Assembly: GCA_965263295.1 (NCBI GenBank)
Contig: OZ253665.1
Location: forward strand, 1,312,001 to 1,376,000
DNA length: 64,000 nucleotides
Direction of reading: 5' to 3'
Source of the DNA: Spirochaetia bacterium
GTDB lineage: Bacteria; Spirochaetota; Spirochaetia; SP-2023
Both the position numbers and the translations under genes were made by a program. The notes beneath the pieces are model-generated. The model ran no database searches, was not told the origin of the DNA, and saw nothing but the letters and a program-made list of their open reading frames with translations. Positions 30,492 through 39,949 of this stretch are shown here, one piece after another (the first letter of the stretch is position 1; every line of letters starts with the position of its first letter).

Positions 30492-31511
30492 TTAACGCGC
30501 CTGAATGATCTGCTGAGCCCTTTGATATAGATCGTTAGAAATTGTATGATGGGGGCCAATAACCTGTGGGTATCCCTTGCTGTTAAATGCATCTTGCCAA
30601 GCTTGCTCTTCACTTTCACTCGGCATATAAACTTTCAAACCGTTTTCTTCCATCACTTCCAAAGCCTTCGCATCCTGTTCCTGAGCCACACCAGAGAAGT
30701 CGCGAATCATTTTGTCCATTTCCTGCTGGATAACCGCTTGATCTGCAGAACTAATCCTGTTCCATATCCGAGTAGATATCAATACACCTCCCAATAGAGG
30801 TGCCACCTTTGAGTAAACCATATGCGGGGCAAAAGCAAACCATTGATAGGCAAGAGCCCCGATTGGTGTCGAATAAAAGCCTGTTAAAAGGCCATTTTGT
30901 AAAGAGACAAATGTATCAGAAAAGCTTACTGTGCTTACACGAAAACCTAAAGACTGCCATGCTGCCTGTAACTCTGGCTCCGATGGACTAATCCCCAAGC
31001 GAACATTGTTCACCTGATCGGGTGTACGGATATCATCCTTGTAAAACATATACACCCATCCCGAAAAGGCCCAGCCCAGAACTTTATAACCATTTTTAGC
31101 AAAGGATTTATTGAAGTCTGGCACCAGCTCTTGCATTACTTTCTCTAAATCTTCTTGGGTTTTAATAAAATATGGCAAGCTGAATACGAGAGTCTCAGGC
31201 ACTACAGATTTCAAGGCAATAGCCGTAAATATACCCGCATCTACAGAGCCTAAGCGCATTTTACGCAGCACTTCAGACTCGTCACCAGCCAAACCATTGC
31301 CGTAGACACGCACGCGCACACGGCCGTTGACCAACTTTTCAATGCGTTCAATCCCCGCATATAAGGCATCATTCCAAGGGGTGTTATCTGGAGTAAGAGT
31401 GGCAAGCTTAATCGTTATCTGCGCTTGTAAATTTGCAATTCCGCACAGCGAGACGAAGGCGAGCAGCAAACTTGAGCCAATTCGACGGCTCTTTCGTAAC
31501 AGGAAATTCAT
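30492..31511 (-). CDS. dctP: TRAP substrate-binding protein DctP (TatP_T type)
   Basis: IKLATLTPDNTPW, GDESEVLRKMRLGSVDAG, SLQNG, YQWF. Confidence 0.88.
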   Translation of the reverse strand: MNFLLRKSRRIGSSLLLAFVSLCGIANLQAQITIKLATLTPDNTPWNDALYAGIERIEKLVNGRVRVRVYGNGLAGDESEVLRKMRLGSVDAGIFTAIALKSVVPETLVFSLPYFIKTQEDLEKVMQELVPDFNKSFAKNGYKVLGWAFSGWVYMFYKDDIRTPDQVNNVRLGISPSEPELQAAWQSLGFRVSTVSFSDTFVSLQNGLLTGFYSTPIGALAYQWFAFAPHMVYSKVAPLLGGVLISTRIWNRISSADQAVIQQEMDKMIRDFSGVAQEQDAKALEVMEENGLKVYMPSESEEQAWQDAFNSKGYPQVIGPHHTISNDLYQRAQQIIQAR

Positions 31512-31522
31512 CGACCCCTCTC

Positions 31523-32560
31523 CTAAAGGAAAAATTCTTCGGTCTTTTCGAGCAGGCGCTTTGCCTGCTGCTGATAAATTAAAATTGTCAGACGATTGGA
31601 AATATTCTCTTCAGCCTTAATAGCCAAAGCCCTTTTAAGGTAATCCTCAAAAAGTCTCTTGTCCTCCTGCGGGTTCTCCTGATTAGCCTTGATCCAGTTC
31701 GCCATGGCGACATACAGACTGGGATCTTGCCCTTCCGAGAGCCGCAGGCTCTCTTTAAAGTGATATTTGACAATGGCCCTGCGACTAGTAGAATCAATGC
31801 CTCGGCTACGGTAGTAATTTTCAAAAAAGGGCTTTACCAGTCCCAGGCTATGATTCATGGCCTCAACAATCTGCGAAGGCGGCAGAGATCCCATAACCGT
31901 AACCATGGAAGTATGCAAGCTGCCGTATCCATATTCAGGGTCAATCTGCATGGACCGCCACAACATTAATATCGGCCGTGCAACAGTCGTCAGCAACTCA
32001 AAATCAAATGGCTCAAGAGCGAAAGCTCCCAACCAGGCCAAGCTCCCCCAGTACAAGTAAGGTATGTCTTTTTCACCCATCAAACGGAGCCAATCGTCCA
32101 GGTTATCGGATTCAAATTTTTCTTCAAAGCCCTGGTGCTGATGTCGCAAACGCAGACCGTCGAGAATACTGTCACGCCCCCGCAGATACATAGCTTTAGT
32201 ACGGACTTGCAAGGCTTTTTTTGCAGCAAAAGATTCAACTATATCTAGTTTCGGCTGCAAAAAACCTCCGGCATACATTACAGCAATTTGTCCGGCACCG
32301 AAATTCAAACCGGGGCTGTCCGGTGCCGCATCCCTTAAAAGCTCTGTCATTTTCAGCATGGCAGGCAAGGAATCTTCTATAAGTATCGGGTCTGAATCGC
32401 GGGTGAATGAATTGCCGGCCGCCCCTTCTTCTGTAAACATATTGCCAATAGAAGAGAGCACCCCACGCTTAATTGAAGCACAGGAGCAGAAGCCAAACCC
32501 CAGAAGTAGAACAAGGGCGATAGAAGCAGTCTTAAAATGCAACTTTTTGCACACTAGCAC
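31523..32560 (-). CDS. TRAP transporter TatT component lipoprotein
   Basis: Lipobox (FCSC); D.DP.LI.DSLPAMLK..E.L, YLRGRD, YLYWG.LAWLGAF; directly upstream of dctP, as in TPAT systems. Confidence 0.82.
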   Translation of the reverse strand: MLVCKKLHFKTASIALVLLLGFGFCSCASIKRGVLSSIGNMFTEEGAAGNSFTRDSDPILIEDSLPAMLKMTELLRDAAPDSPGLNFGAGQIAVMYAGGFLQPKLDIVESFAAKKALQVRTKAMYLRGRDSILDGLRLRHQHQGFEEKFESDNLDDWLRLMGEKDIPYLYWGSLAWLGAFALEPFDFELLTTVARPILMLWRSMQIDPEYGYGSLHTSMVTVMGSLPPSQIVEAMNHSLGLVKPFFENYYRSRGIDSTSRRAIVKYHFKESLRLSEGQDPSLYVAMANWIKANQENPQEDKRLFEDYLKRALAIKAEENISNRLTILIYQQQAKRLLEKTEEFFL

Positions 32561-32614
32561 GATTGCACCTCGGCGATCAAAAATCGCACCTTAAGTAAAT
32601 AAAATCCACGATGA

Positions 32615-33103
32615 TCAATGGTCATTCTGCTTATATAATTGTGCAATATGTTTCATAAAGTCATCTTTATCGAAGAGATTAATTATATCAAGCAAAATCA
32701 AGTAGTTCTGCTCCTCGTGTACCACCCCCCGAATGTATTCCCTGGCGATACCAGAAATTATTTGCGGGGGTGGCTGCACATCCTGTTTACTGTATTGAAT
32801 CACTCGGTGGACTTTATCAATGATGATTCCCGCCAGCACATCACCAATTTTCAAAATAATAAAACCACTCAACAGGCGTTCTTCCTCAGAAAGTTTTGCT
32901 GTCATTATGCCGAAGCGTTTATGCAAATTGATAATCGGAATAACTTCGCGGCGTAAATTTAAAATACCTTCAATATATGGCGGAGTATTGGGCATTGTCC
33001 GGATCGCTTCAACCCCGTGAATCTCTTTCACATACTGAATATCTATGCCATAAAATTCATTTCCAAGCTGAAACGTAACTAGTTGTACATATTCATCGGC
33101 CAT
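32615..33103 (-). CDS. cheW: Chemotaxis protein CheW
   Basis: QLVTFQLGNEFYGIDI..VKEI, P.YIEGILNLR.EVIPII.L. Confidence 0.95.
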   Translation of the reverse strand: MADEYVQLVTFQLGNEFYGIDIQYVKEIHGVEAIRTMPNTPPYIEGILNLRREVIPIINLHKRFGIMTAKLSEEERLLSGFIILKIGDVLAGIIIDKVHRVIQYSKQDVQPPPQIISGIAREYIRGVVHEEQNYLILLDIINLFDKDDFMKHIAQLYKQNDH

Positions 33104-33389
33104 CTATTCCATCCATCACCAGTGCCCACACTCACCTCCCACTGAAACTTTATTGCAAGCTGCATCAGATCATTATCTTACAGATACCTTTACAATTGCG
33201 CAAGGATAAACCGCAGCCCATAATTGCGGTCGGGCACCGATTGTTCTGGCATTAAATATTGGACCTAAACCGGGCAGCAGAAATAAACCGGCTTCATTGA
33301 AGCCTGACGGGACTGCCAGTTGCAACAAGATGAGCAGACGGTACAAAGCACTCGCATGAAATTCCACAAAGACCGTACAAAAAATCGTA

Positions 33390-33419
33390 AGCCAGCTGGC
33401 AATGAAGTCGCAGCTGGCT
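33390..33419 (-). terminator. Possible terminator downstream of trxB
   Basis: AGCCAGCTG...CAGCTGGCT 9-bp stem, with an A tract on the left (a U tract on the minus strand a few nt past the stem). Confidence 0.35.
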
Positions 33420-33510
33420 CAAAAAATACCGCGGCAAGAACATGCGACTCGCTATGCAACTCACTCATGCCGCTGATCACGCAGAAGTTCGATTGCAAAA
33501 TAAAGAAACT

Positions 33511-34446
33511 TTAGCTGGCAAGATCCTCCACCCGGTGGGCTGCGGCATGAGCGGCGAGAGCGGCATCGCCCACCCCTACAGCAAGCTGCCTAAATGGTGT
33601 CTGACGGGCATCGCCAATCGCGAAAAAACCCGGCACCGTTGTTTCCATATGTTCATTGACCTTAATAAAGTTTTGTTCATCCTTGTCTACTTCACTGAAA
33701 GCCAACTCCGTAGTCGGAGTTGAGCCGACAAAAATGAACACCGCAGCAAACTCCTCCTCATAAACCTCTCCACTGTCGATCTTCTGCAAACGGACCTTTT
33801 CCACTCTGTTTTTTCCCAGGATTTCCACAGCTATTTGCTGCAAACGGACCTCAATATTATTATTGTTTAGGACGCGGTCTGCCAGAGCATCCTGAGCCCG
33901 AAACTTGTCACGGCGGTGAATCAAGACGATCTGATCGCTGAGATTCGAAAGGTAATGAGCTTCATCACAAGCGGCATCACCTCCCCCTACGACAAGAATT
34001 TTTTTCCCTTTAAAGAAGGGGCCATCGCAGGAAGCACAGTAGGATACCCCTCGGCCAACTAGACGTTCTTCTCCTCTGATGCCCAGTGGTCTATGTACGG
34101 CTCCGGTAGCCAGTATCACAGCCGGCGTAAGCACAGCGCCTCTGTTCGTTTTCACGATAAACAACTGGCCATCACGTTCTAACTCTTTCACCTCGCTCAC
34201 AAGCAAATCAGCACCAAAATTACGAGCCTGCTGCTCCATACGCTGTGAAAAAGCAAAACCAGTGATTATCTCAGGAAAACCTGGATAATTCTCTAATTCG
34301 GAGATTATAAGTGCCTGGCCCCCAAAGGCGTAGCGCTCTAGTAACAAAGTGTCCAAGCTGGCCCGAGCGCCGTACTGCGCCGCCGTCATACCAGCGATAC
34401 CGCCACCGATAATTACAATATCTTTGTCCCAGTTTCCCTTCGCCAT
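33511..34446 (-). CDS. trxB: Thioredoxin-disulfide reductase
   Basis: IIGGGIAG, ENYPGF, GRGVSYCASCDG, VVGGGDAA, HRRDKFRA. Confidence 0.96.
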   Translation of the reverse strand: MAKGNWDKDIVIIGGGIAGMTAAQYGARASLDTLLLERYAFGGQALIISELENYPGFPEIITGFAFSQRMEQQARNFGADLLVSEVKELERDGQLFIVKTNRGAVLTPAVILATGAVHRPLGIRGEERLVGRGVSYCASCDGPFFKGKKILVVGGGDAACDEAHYLSNLSDQIVLIHRRDKFRAQDALADRVLNNNNIEVRLQQIAVEILGKNRVEKVRLQKIDSGEVYEEEFAAVFIFVGSTPTTELAFSEVDKDEQNFIKVNEHMETTVPGFFAIGDARQTPFRQLAVGVGDAALAAHAAAHRVEDLAS

Positions 34447-34507
34447 AAGACCTCTGCCTAATAAGCTCAGCTAAGTTACCATAAGCTCCCAAGCTGGCCT
34501 TTCTTCC

Positions 34508-34921
34508 TTAATTTTTCAGCCACTTGCGAACGACAGCCACAAAGCGCTGCGCTGTGGTATTTGCGCGCTGCTCATCATTAGCGGCACGCAAAAACAAATA
34601 TGCCCGGATAAAGTCATTGCGCTGCAAATAATAATCTGCCAGTTTATTTAAGCCCGCACTATAACCCACTGCTAAATAAATTTTTTCCGCTGCTGAAACT
34701 TGCCCCAAGCGGAACAACTCATTTGCCTTGCGTGTCAATATTGCTTTCTCTGAACTCAACAAGTGGGCATTGGAATCAGGTAAGCAATAGTTTGTGCTTT
34801 GAGGGATATAGCTGAGCGCCTGTCGTATAGTAGGGCTCAGAGATCTATCCTGCTCCGCCCGACTGACACGCAACAGCCCGTGAAGGAACTTCTCTGAATC
34901 TGTCTCTGGCTGCTTAGCCAT
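34508..34921 (-). CDS. Hypothetical TPR-like protein
   Basis: LSSEKAILTRKANELF..G....A.KIY...GYS.GL helical pattern; GAGGAG RBS. Confidence 0.7.
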   Translation of the reverse strand: MAKQPETDSEKFLHGLLRVSRAEQDRSLSPTIRQALSYIPQSTNYCLPDSNAHLLSSEKAILTRKANELFRLGQVSAAEKIYLAVGYSAGLNKLADYYLQRNDFIRAYLFLRAANDEQRANTTAQRFVAVVRKWLKN

Positions 34922-34995
34922 GATATTTCCGCGACTCCTCCCCTAAAAAAGACGACTCTTAAAATCGTAAGAAGGCAAGGATGCGCGACGAGAAT

Positions 34996-35895
34996 CTAGT
35001 CCAGAAACTTCTGTTCCTTGAGCAGACGCTGGGCCATTTGCTTGTCTTTAGCTGCAATCACACTGGAGTAGTCGTCCAGGAAGTCCGCATCATAGCGGAC
35101 AGCCGAAGCCAGTAGCTGTGCGGCGGCCAGATCTTTCGATTCGCCCAGCTGTTTATACATTTTATAGACCTTCAGATAAGCACTTAACAGGGTGCGACAA
35201 TCCTGATCTGAAAAATCGCCGTCGGCAGTCAAAGACTCATAAATACCAATTTTTTCACCGGGGTAGATCAAATCTGGGTCAGAACTGCTCAAATTACGAC
35301 GATTCCCTTGGTTAAGTGTGTAAAGATCCGGCCACATATACAGGTCGTCCCAATACTTATTCGTAACCTTAGCAAACCAGTCATTTTTGCGCACAGTATG
35401 ATCCGAAATGTGAGTGCGCTTGTTGCCCATTACGTCATACGCAAATTCATTATCTTCAGGTATTACCGCTTGCTTGCGCACAGAAGTCGTATTTGCTGCA
35501 ACAATGTCACCACTTTCATTTATATCGATATCCTCAAAATCCTTAGCCTTGATATTATCGGCAATATACTCTGCCGAGTCATATCCCCGATGCAGTTCGC
35601 TATCGTCCGCGATCAAATTCATATCATCGTTAAGCGATGACTCGTCAGATTCAGGTGACAAGACATTGGCATTTTCCAAATCCTGATTTTCTTCAAGCAT
35701 TGAATCCCGAAGAGTCGCAGCAGAGTTTTGATTTTCTCGGGCAGCCATATTTAACAAACCATCTGCCGCGCTCTCCTTAGCTACAATAATTCGGTCTGAA
35801 TCATTGTCCACAGGAAGCCAAAACAAGACTGTCACAGCTATTACGGTAAGAACTAAGAACAGCACAGCCATCATGCGTTGCAATTGGGTATTCAC
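34996..35895 (-). CDS. Membrane-anchored LysM-like domain protein
   Basis: GTG 35895 with GGAGG RBS; N-terminal TM, acidic linker, HTVRKNDWF...YW...YMWPDLY..N...DPDLIYPG. Confidence 0.75.
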   Translation of the reverse strand: MNTQLQRMMAVLFLVLTVIAVTVLFWLPVDNDSDRIIVAKESAADGLLNMAARENQNSAATLRDSMLEENQDLENANVLSPESDESSLNDDMNLIADDSELHRGYDSAEYIADNIKAKDFEDIDINESGDIVAANTTSVRKQAVIPEDNEFAYDVMGNKRTHISDHTVRKNDWFAKVTNKYWDDLYMWPDLYTLNQGNRRNLSSSDPDLIYPGEKIGIYESLTADGDFSDQDCRTLLSAYLKVYKMYKQLGESKDLAAAQLLASAVRYDADFLDDYSSVIAAKDKQMAQRLLKEQKFLD

Positions 35896-36068
35896 GACAT
35901 CCTCCCTGACCCCTTGCATTATGCAAAAAGCTGGCCTTTCAGCCAAGCAAAATTTGCATGGAATTAAAAACTTGCCACAAAATTGTGTTATTAGAATCAG
36001 ATATCACAGTAGTTTTACTCTGACTTGCAAACATAAATACAAGATTCCTTGACTTCAACTATCGGTTT

Positions 36069-36122
36069 TATTTTTTCGGTTATAGATTTTTTAAAATTAA
36101 AAAATCTATAACCGAAAAAATA
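36069..36122. repeat. Perfect 26-bp inverted repeat with a 2-nt spacer
   Basis: TATTTTTTCGGTTATAGATTTTTTAA-AA-TTAAAAAATCTATAACCGAAAAAATA. Confidence 0.9.
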
Positions 36123-36211
36123 CGACAAACGACTTTCAAGTTGCCCGACGTAAAATATTGAGCAGAAACAACTACCCTAATTTTTTCTGTAAGCTAATAT
36201 ATATTAGAAAT

Positions 36212-38896
36212 TTAAATCATCGAACTCATTTCCAAAATCAGCTCTACAGCTCCTACGCTGATGTTCAGTTGCTTGGCGATAGTGGCATTATCCCAGCCTT
36301 TTTCGGAGAGCTGAAAAACCATTGTACGAGTTTCTTCATCAATCCGGTTTAGATCCTGGACCGTCGAGTCACTCAAACTTTGCGCATTTCCCTGCTGCAG
36401 GGCAAGCTGCTCTGCCAAATGAATATTGGCATCCAGGCTCTCACTCATTTCCTTGACTCTTTGTTCCGCATTCAACAGCCAGCCACGCATGCGCTGCAAC
36501 TCATTACTGCGTTCCTGTGCTTGATCCAGCAAGTCCCGCAACAAGGTCAGTTGCCCTGCAAGCTCTTCTGTCTGCCCTACATTTTGTTCAATAACAGTTT
36601 GCAAACGGTTTAATTCACGTGCTTTTTCCTCTAAGGGCCCGATCTGGCGCTCAACCGTGCCAATGCGAGACTGAATATCCTGCATGTCACCAATATGCTG
36701 TAATACCTGGGCCTGATGAGCCTCCAGGTTCTGCGCCTGTTCTTCAAGGGCCAAAAATTCTTTACCTCGCTCCTGGTATACATCTTCAATCCGCTGCAAA
36801 TACTGTTCCATTTGCTGGACACGCTCGTTTTGCGCATACATAGCCTCCCATTTCTCGCTCGTCTGCACCAGTGTTTGCTCCAAGTCGCCGACATTCTGCT
36901 GCAAGATCTCGGCCCGCTCTTCACTGGCTTCCAAAGCGCGCAGCTTCTCGCCAGTGTCCTGCGCCAACTGGCGAATATATTCAAACTCCTTTGCCAAATG
37001 TTGACTCTGCTCGGCATAAGTTGTCAGCACGGAACCTTGCTCGCGCAACTTGGAGATTTGCTCGCGCGTATCACGCCACAAGTGTTCGGCCCGCTCAATT
37101 AGCTTACCATTGCTCAGAATATGCTGCTGCTGCTGCTCAATTGTCTCAAAGTTATTGGCCATCTGCCGCACATCAGTTTGAATGCGGATATCCAGGGTTT
37201 CGTACTGCTCTTCCAACTTACGGCTGCGGTTCTGCATACTCTTTTCCATTTGCTGGTATTTCTGCGCCCACTCTTCCAACTCGCCGCCATTTTCTTCCAG
37301 GCGCTTGCGAATTTCGGCATCGCGATCGCGATTCTGTTGTGTAATCGCCTCTTGCAGGGCCTTAGCCTCGGCCTTTAAATCGGCCATTAACTGATGAATT
37401 TCCCCTTCGACTTCGCTCTCATGGTTCTGAATCTGCTGGCGGGCCAGACGCAGCTGCTCTTTCACGTCTCGGCGTTCGGACTCCACTTGGCGTTCCCAGA
37501 CTTCACGATTGCGCGTCCAGTTTTCTTTCTGCCCGTGTTCCAAGTTCTGAGTCAGCTCTTTTAACTGTTTTTTCAAGTTCTCATCCCATTGTTTCAGGTG
37601 CTCATTCAGCTGAGTTTGCCTCTTGCGCAAATCGTCAGCAAAACCCTTTTCATACAGCTCAAACTGAGCGCCCAATTCCTCACGTGAGCGACTCTCAATA
37701 TGCTCAAAATCCAATTGTAGACGGTGATAATTCTCCGAAAGAATATTCCAGTCACCAAATAGCTCGGCGGCCTGCTCGCGATAATTCTCACGCATAAGTT
37801 CCACCTGTTGTTCCATTTCGCCGCGGAACTGTTCCAGTAAAGCTTTTCGGTCTTTCTGTATATCAACTTCAATACCAGAAAATTTTTCAAAATAAGAGCT
37901 GCACCACTGCTCAAACTCCTGTAAGCGCTGGTGAACTTGTTCAATACTTTTTTGCATCAGAGCCTCTGTCTCTTTTTGCAAAAGGCTCTGCTGTTCATGT
38001 TGCAGATTTTGCATGTCGCGCTCCAAACGTTCACGCAAATCCAGACGGTGGCGTTCCAACTCTTTTTCCAACTCCGACTCCAGTTCCTTATAATCTGAAG
38101 ATAATTTCTCCACAGCGTCCTGTAATTGGTTCTGGCGCGAACTGACTTTATTTTCCAGCTGGCTGTTCTGTTGGCCTACATTCTGTAGTCTATCACGTAA
38201 AGCTTGCTGGTTTTGGCGAAAGCGCTCAGCGTCGCCCTGCAAGGCCCGTTCAAGTGTATCCCACTCACTGCGCGTCCGGTTGACCCGCTGCAACGCCTCA
38301 GCCTGACTAGCCGTATTTTCCTCCAGGTCCTGCAAGCGATTGGTCAGCTTAGCCAGCTCCTCAGTTAAACCCCTCTTTTGCTCATCCAGATGCTGGACAA
38401 AATTGCCCTGCAACAGGGCCTGATGCTCATTCAACTTTTGCAGCAAATGATTCTGCAACTCAGCGGCCCAACGCCGCTGTTCTTTCAGGTGGGCATCTAA
38501 CTCGTGTACCTGCTCAGTTTGCCGATCCACCTTATCGAACTGCCGCTCAACCTGGTGCAATTCTTCTTCGTAGTGTTGTACCGATTCAAACAGGTGTTCT
38601 AATTGCTTCTGTGCCGCCTCAAGCCCCTCGACACTCTGAATAAAATTCTGATAACTCTGAGCGCCGCGCCGCATATATTCAATGTTGAGATCGCGCTGGG
38701 CCTGCATCTCGGTCGTGCGATCCTCCAAGTCCTCCAGCATACCGCCAAAGCGATCCTCCAAGCTAGCGCGAACATTGTCGAGGAAACGATGCATTTCTTG
38801 AATGGAACGGTTATTACTGTCCCTTGCGCGAAAATACAAAACCAGGAACAGCAGCAGCAGAGCCGTTACCAGATCACCCAAGTCAAATATTGTCAT
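36212..38896 (-). CDS. Spirochaete coiled-coil protein (SpiroCoCo-like)
   Basis: N-terminal TM then FRARDSNNRSI, ~800 aa of coiled coil, C-terminal HTH GWDNATIAKQLNISVGAVELILE. Confidence 0.8.
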   Translation of the reverse strand: MTIFDLGDLVTALLLLFLVLYFRARDSNNRSIQEMHRFLDNVRASLEDRFGGMLEDLEDRTTEMQAQRDLNIEYMRRGAQSYQNFIQSVEGLEAAQKQLEHLFESVQHYEEELHQVERQFDKVDRQTEQVHELDAHLKEQRRWAAELQNHLLQKLNEHQALLQGNFVQHLDEQKRGLTEELAKLTNRLQDLEENTASQAEALQRVNRTRSEWDTLERALQGDAERFRQNQQALRDRLQNVGQQNSQLENKVSSRQNQLQDAVEKLSSDYKELESELEKELERHRLDLRERLERDMQNLQHEQQSLLQKETEALMQKSIEQVHQRLQEFEQWCSSYFEKFSGIEVDIQKDRKALLEQFRGEMEQQVELMRENYREQAAELFGDWNILSENYHRLQLDFEHIESRSREELGAQFELYEKGFADDLRKRQTQLNEHLKQWDENLKKQLKELTQNLEHGQKENWTRNREVWERQVESERRDVKEQLRLARQQIQNHESEVEGEIHQLMADLKAEAKALQEAITQQNRDRDAEIRKRLEENGGELEEWAQKYQQMEKSMQNRSRKLEEQYETLDIRIQTDVRQMANNFETIEQQQQHILSNGKLIERAEHLWRDTREQISKLREQGSVLTTYAEQSQHLAKEFEYIRQLAQDTGEKLRALEASEERAEILQQNVGDLEQTLVQTSEKWEAMYAQNERVQQMEQYLQRIEDVYQERGKEFLALEEQAQNLEAHQAQVLQHIGDMQDIQSRIGTVERQIGPLEEKARELNRLQTVIEQNVGQTEELAGQLTLLRDLLDQAQERSNELQRMRGWLLNAEQRVKEMSESLDANIHLAEQLALQQGNAQSLSDSTVQDLNRIDEETRTMVFQLSEKGWDNATIAKQLNISVGAVELILEMSSMI

Positions 38897-39066
38897 AACG
38901 ATGTGATGCCCTCACTCCCCGACATTATCCAGACACCGCATCATTACAAAATACCAAACCATGGCTCCGGTGCCAGACACAGTGCTCGGATATCCGTCGC
39001 AAAAAGTGACTGGATTTGCAGTTTACTGAAAAAGCCTGGCTGCTAACAAGTGCAATATATTATAAA

Positions 39067-39753
39067 TCAGTATTTTAAAAACTTGTCTAAGCGCTCCAAG
39101 AAATGTGGATAGCTGCGGTAGTGAAAATCGGCCAAAGAATCCCGACGGTTTTTCCGGGCAAAAAAAGCCGCCCAGTAGCCAGCTTTTTTTGCACCCTCAA
39201 TATCGTTGCGATAACTGTTTCCCACATATAATATCTCGCTGGGCAGCAGGTTCAGCTTCTGCGACAAATACTGGTAGGCCCTGGCGTGTGGTTTCAAATA
39301 CCCACTGTCTTCAGACGTAATGGCCAGATCCCAGTACTCGGAGTCAAGCCCAAAAAACCTGAGCTTTTGCTCTACGGGAAAATCTGACATCGCCGCCACA
39401 ATAAAGCCGCGGTGCTTCAACTCCCGCAGCACTTCGCCAACGCCAGGCAAAGGCCGAATATGGCGAAAAGTACCTTCCCACACTTGGTAAATCTTGTAAT
39501 CTAAAAGTTTTTCAACATCGGCGACACACTCACCTGTCAGGTCCGCATACATCTGGGCCTGATGATGCCGCAAACCCTGCCGGCCCTCGGCCTGATAATG
39601 ATACCCATCTCTGCGCAGATTGCGCCGGACCTTCCAGTAACGCTGGACCAAAGAGAAATTGGCCATGTAGAAGCCCAATGAAGTCGTCAAAAGCTTCCAC
39701 TGGGGGTATAAAGTCCCGTCAATGTCAAATGCAATGGCTTTTACTTGAGGCAT
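39067..39753 (-). CDS. HAD family hydrolase
   Basis: AFDIDGTLY, MSDFP, LKPH, YVGNSYRNDIEGAK; the ORF-track extension to 39870 comes from a tandem repeat. Confidence 0.9.
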   Translation of the reverse strand: MPQVKAIAFDIDGTLYPQWKLLTTSLGFYMANFSLVQRYWKVRRNLRRDGYHYQAEGRQGLRHHQAQMYADLTGECVADVEKLLDYKIYQVWEGTFRHIRPLPGVGEVLRELKHRGFIVAAMSDFPVEQKLRFFGLDSEYWDLAITSEDSGYLKPHARAYQYLSQKLNLLPSEILYVGNSYRNDIEGAKKAGYWAAFFARKNRRDSLADFHYRSYPHFLERLDKFLKY

Positions 39754-39825
39754 TATAAAGTCCCAATTCTCAATTTTCACGGCAGCTCTGCGCTGCGAGA
39801 CGCGCAGTATATCTCTTTTGCCATA

Positions 39826-39871
39826 GCTAGGCAAATGGCTAGGCAAATGGCTAGACAAATGGCTAGACAAA
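39826..39871. repeat. 12-bp tandem repeat GCTAG(G/A)CAAATG x~4 in a divergent promoter region
   Basis: Read directly. Confidence 0.9.
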
Positions 39872-39949
39872 ACGTGATAAGATACATTAAACAGAAAAAA
39901 CCGGAGCTGAACATGACGCAGCCTGGTTCACTCACTATAATTGCTGCCA

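Noticed and set aside
39754..39870. N-terminal (SHLP)n extension of the HAD hydrolase
   Set aside because: It is the translation of an intergenic 12-bp repeat; HAD motif I begins right after ATG 39753
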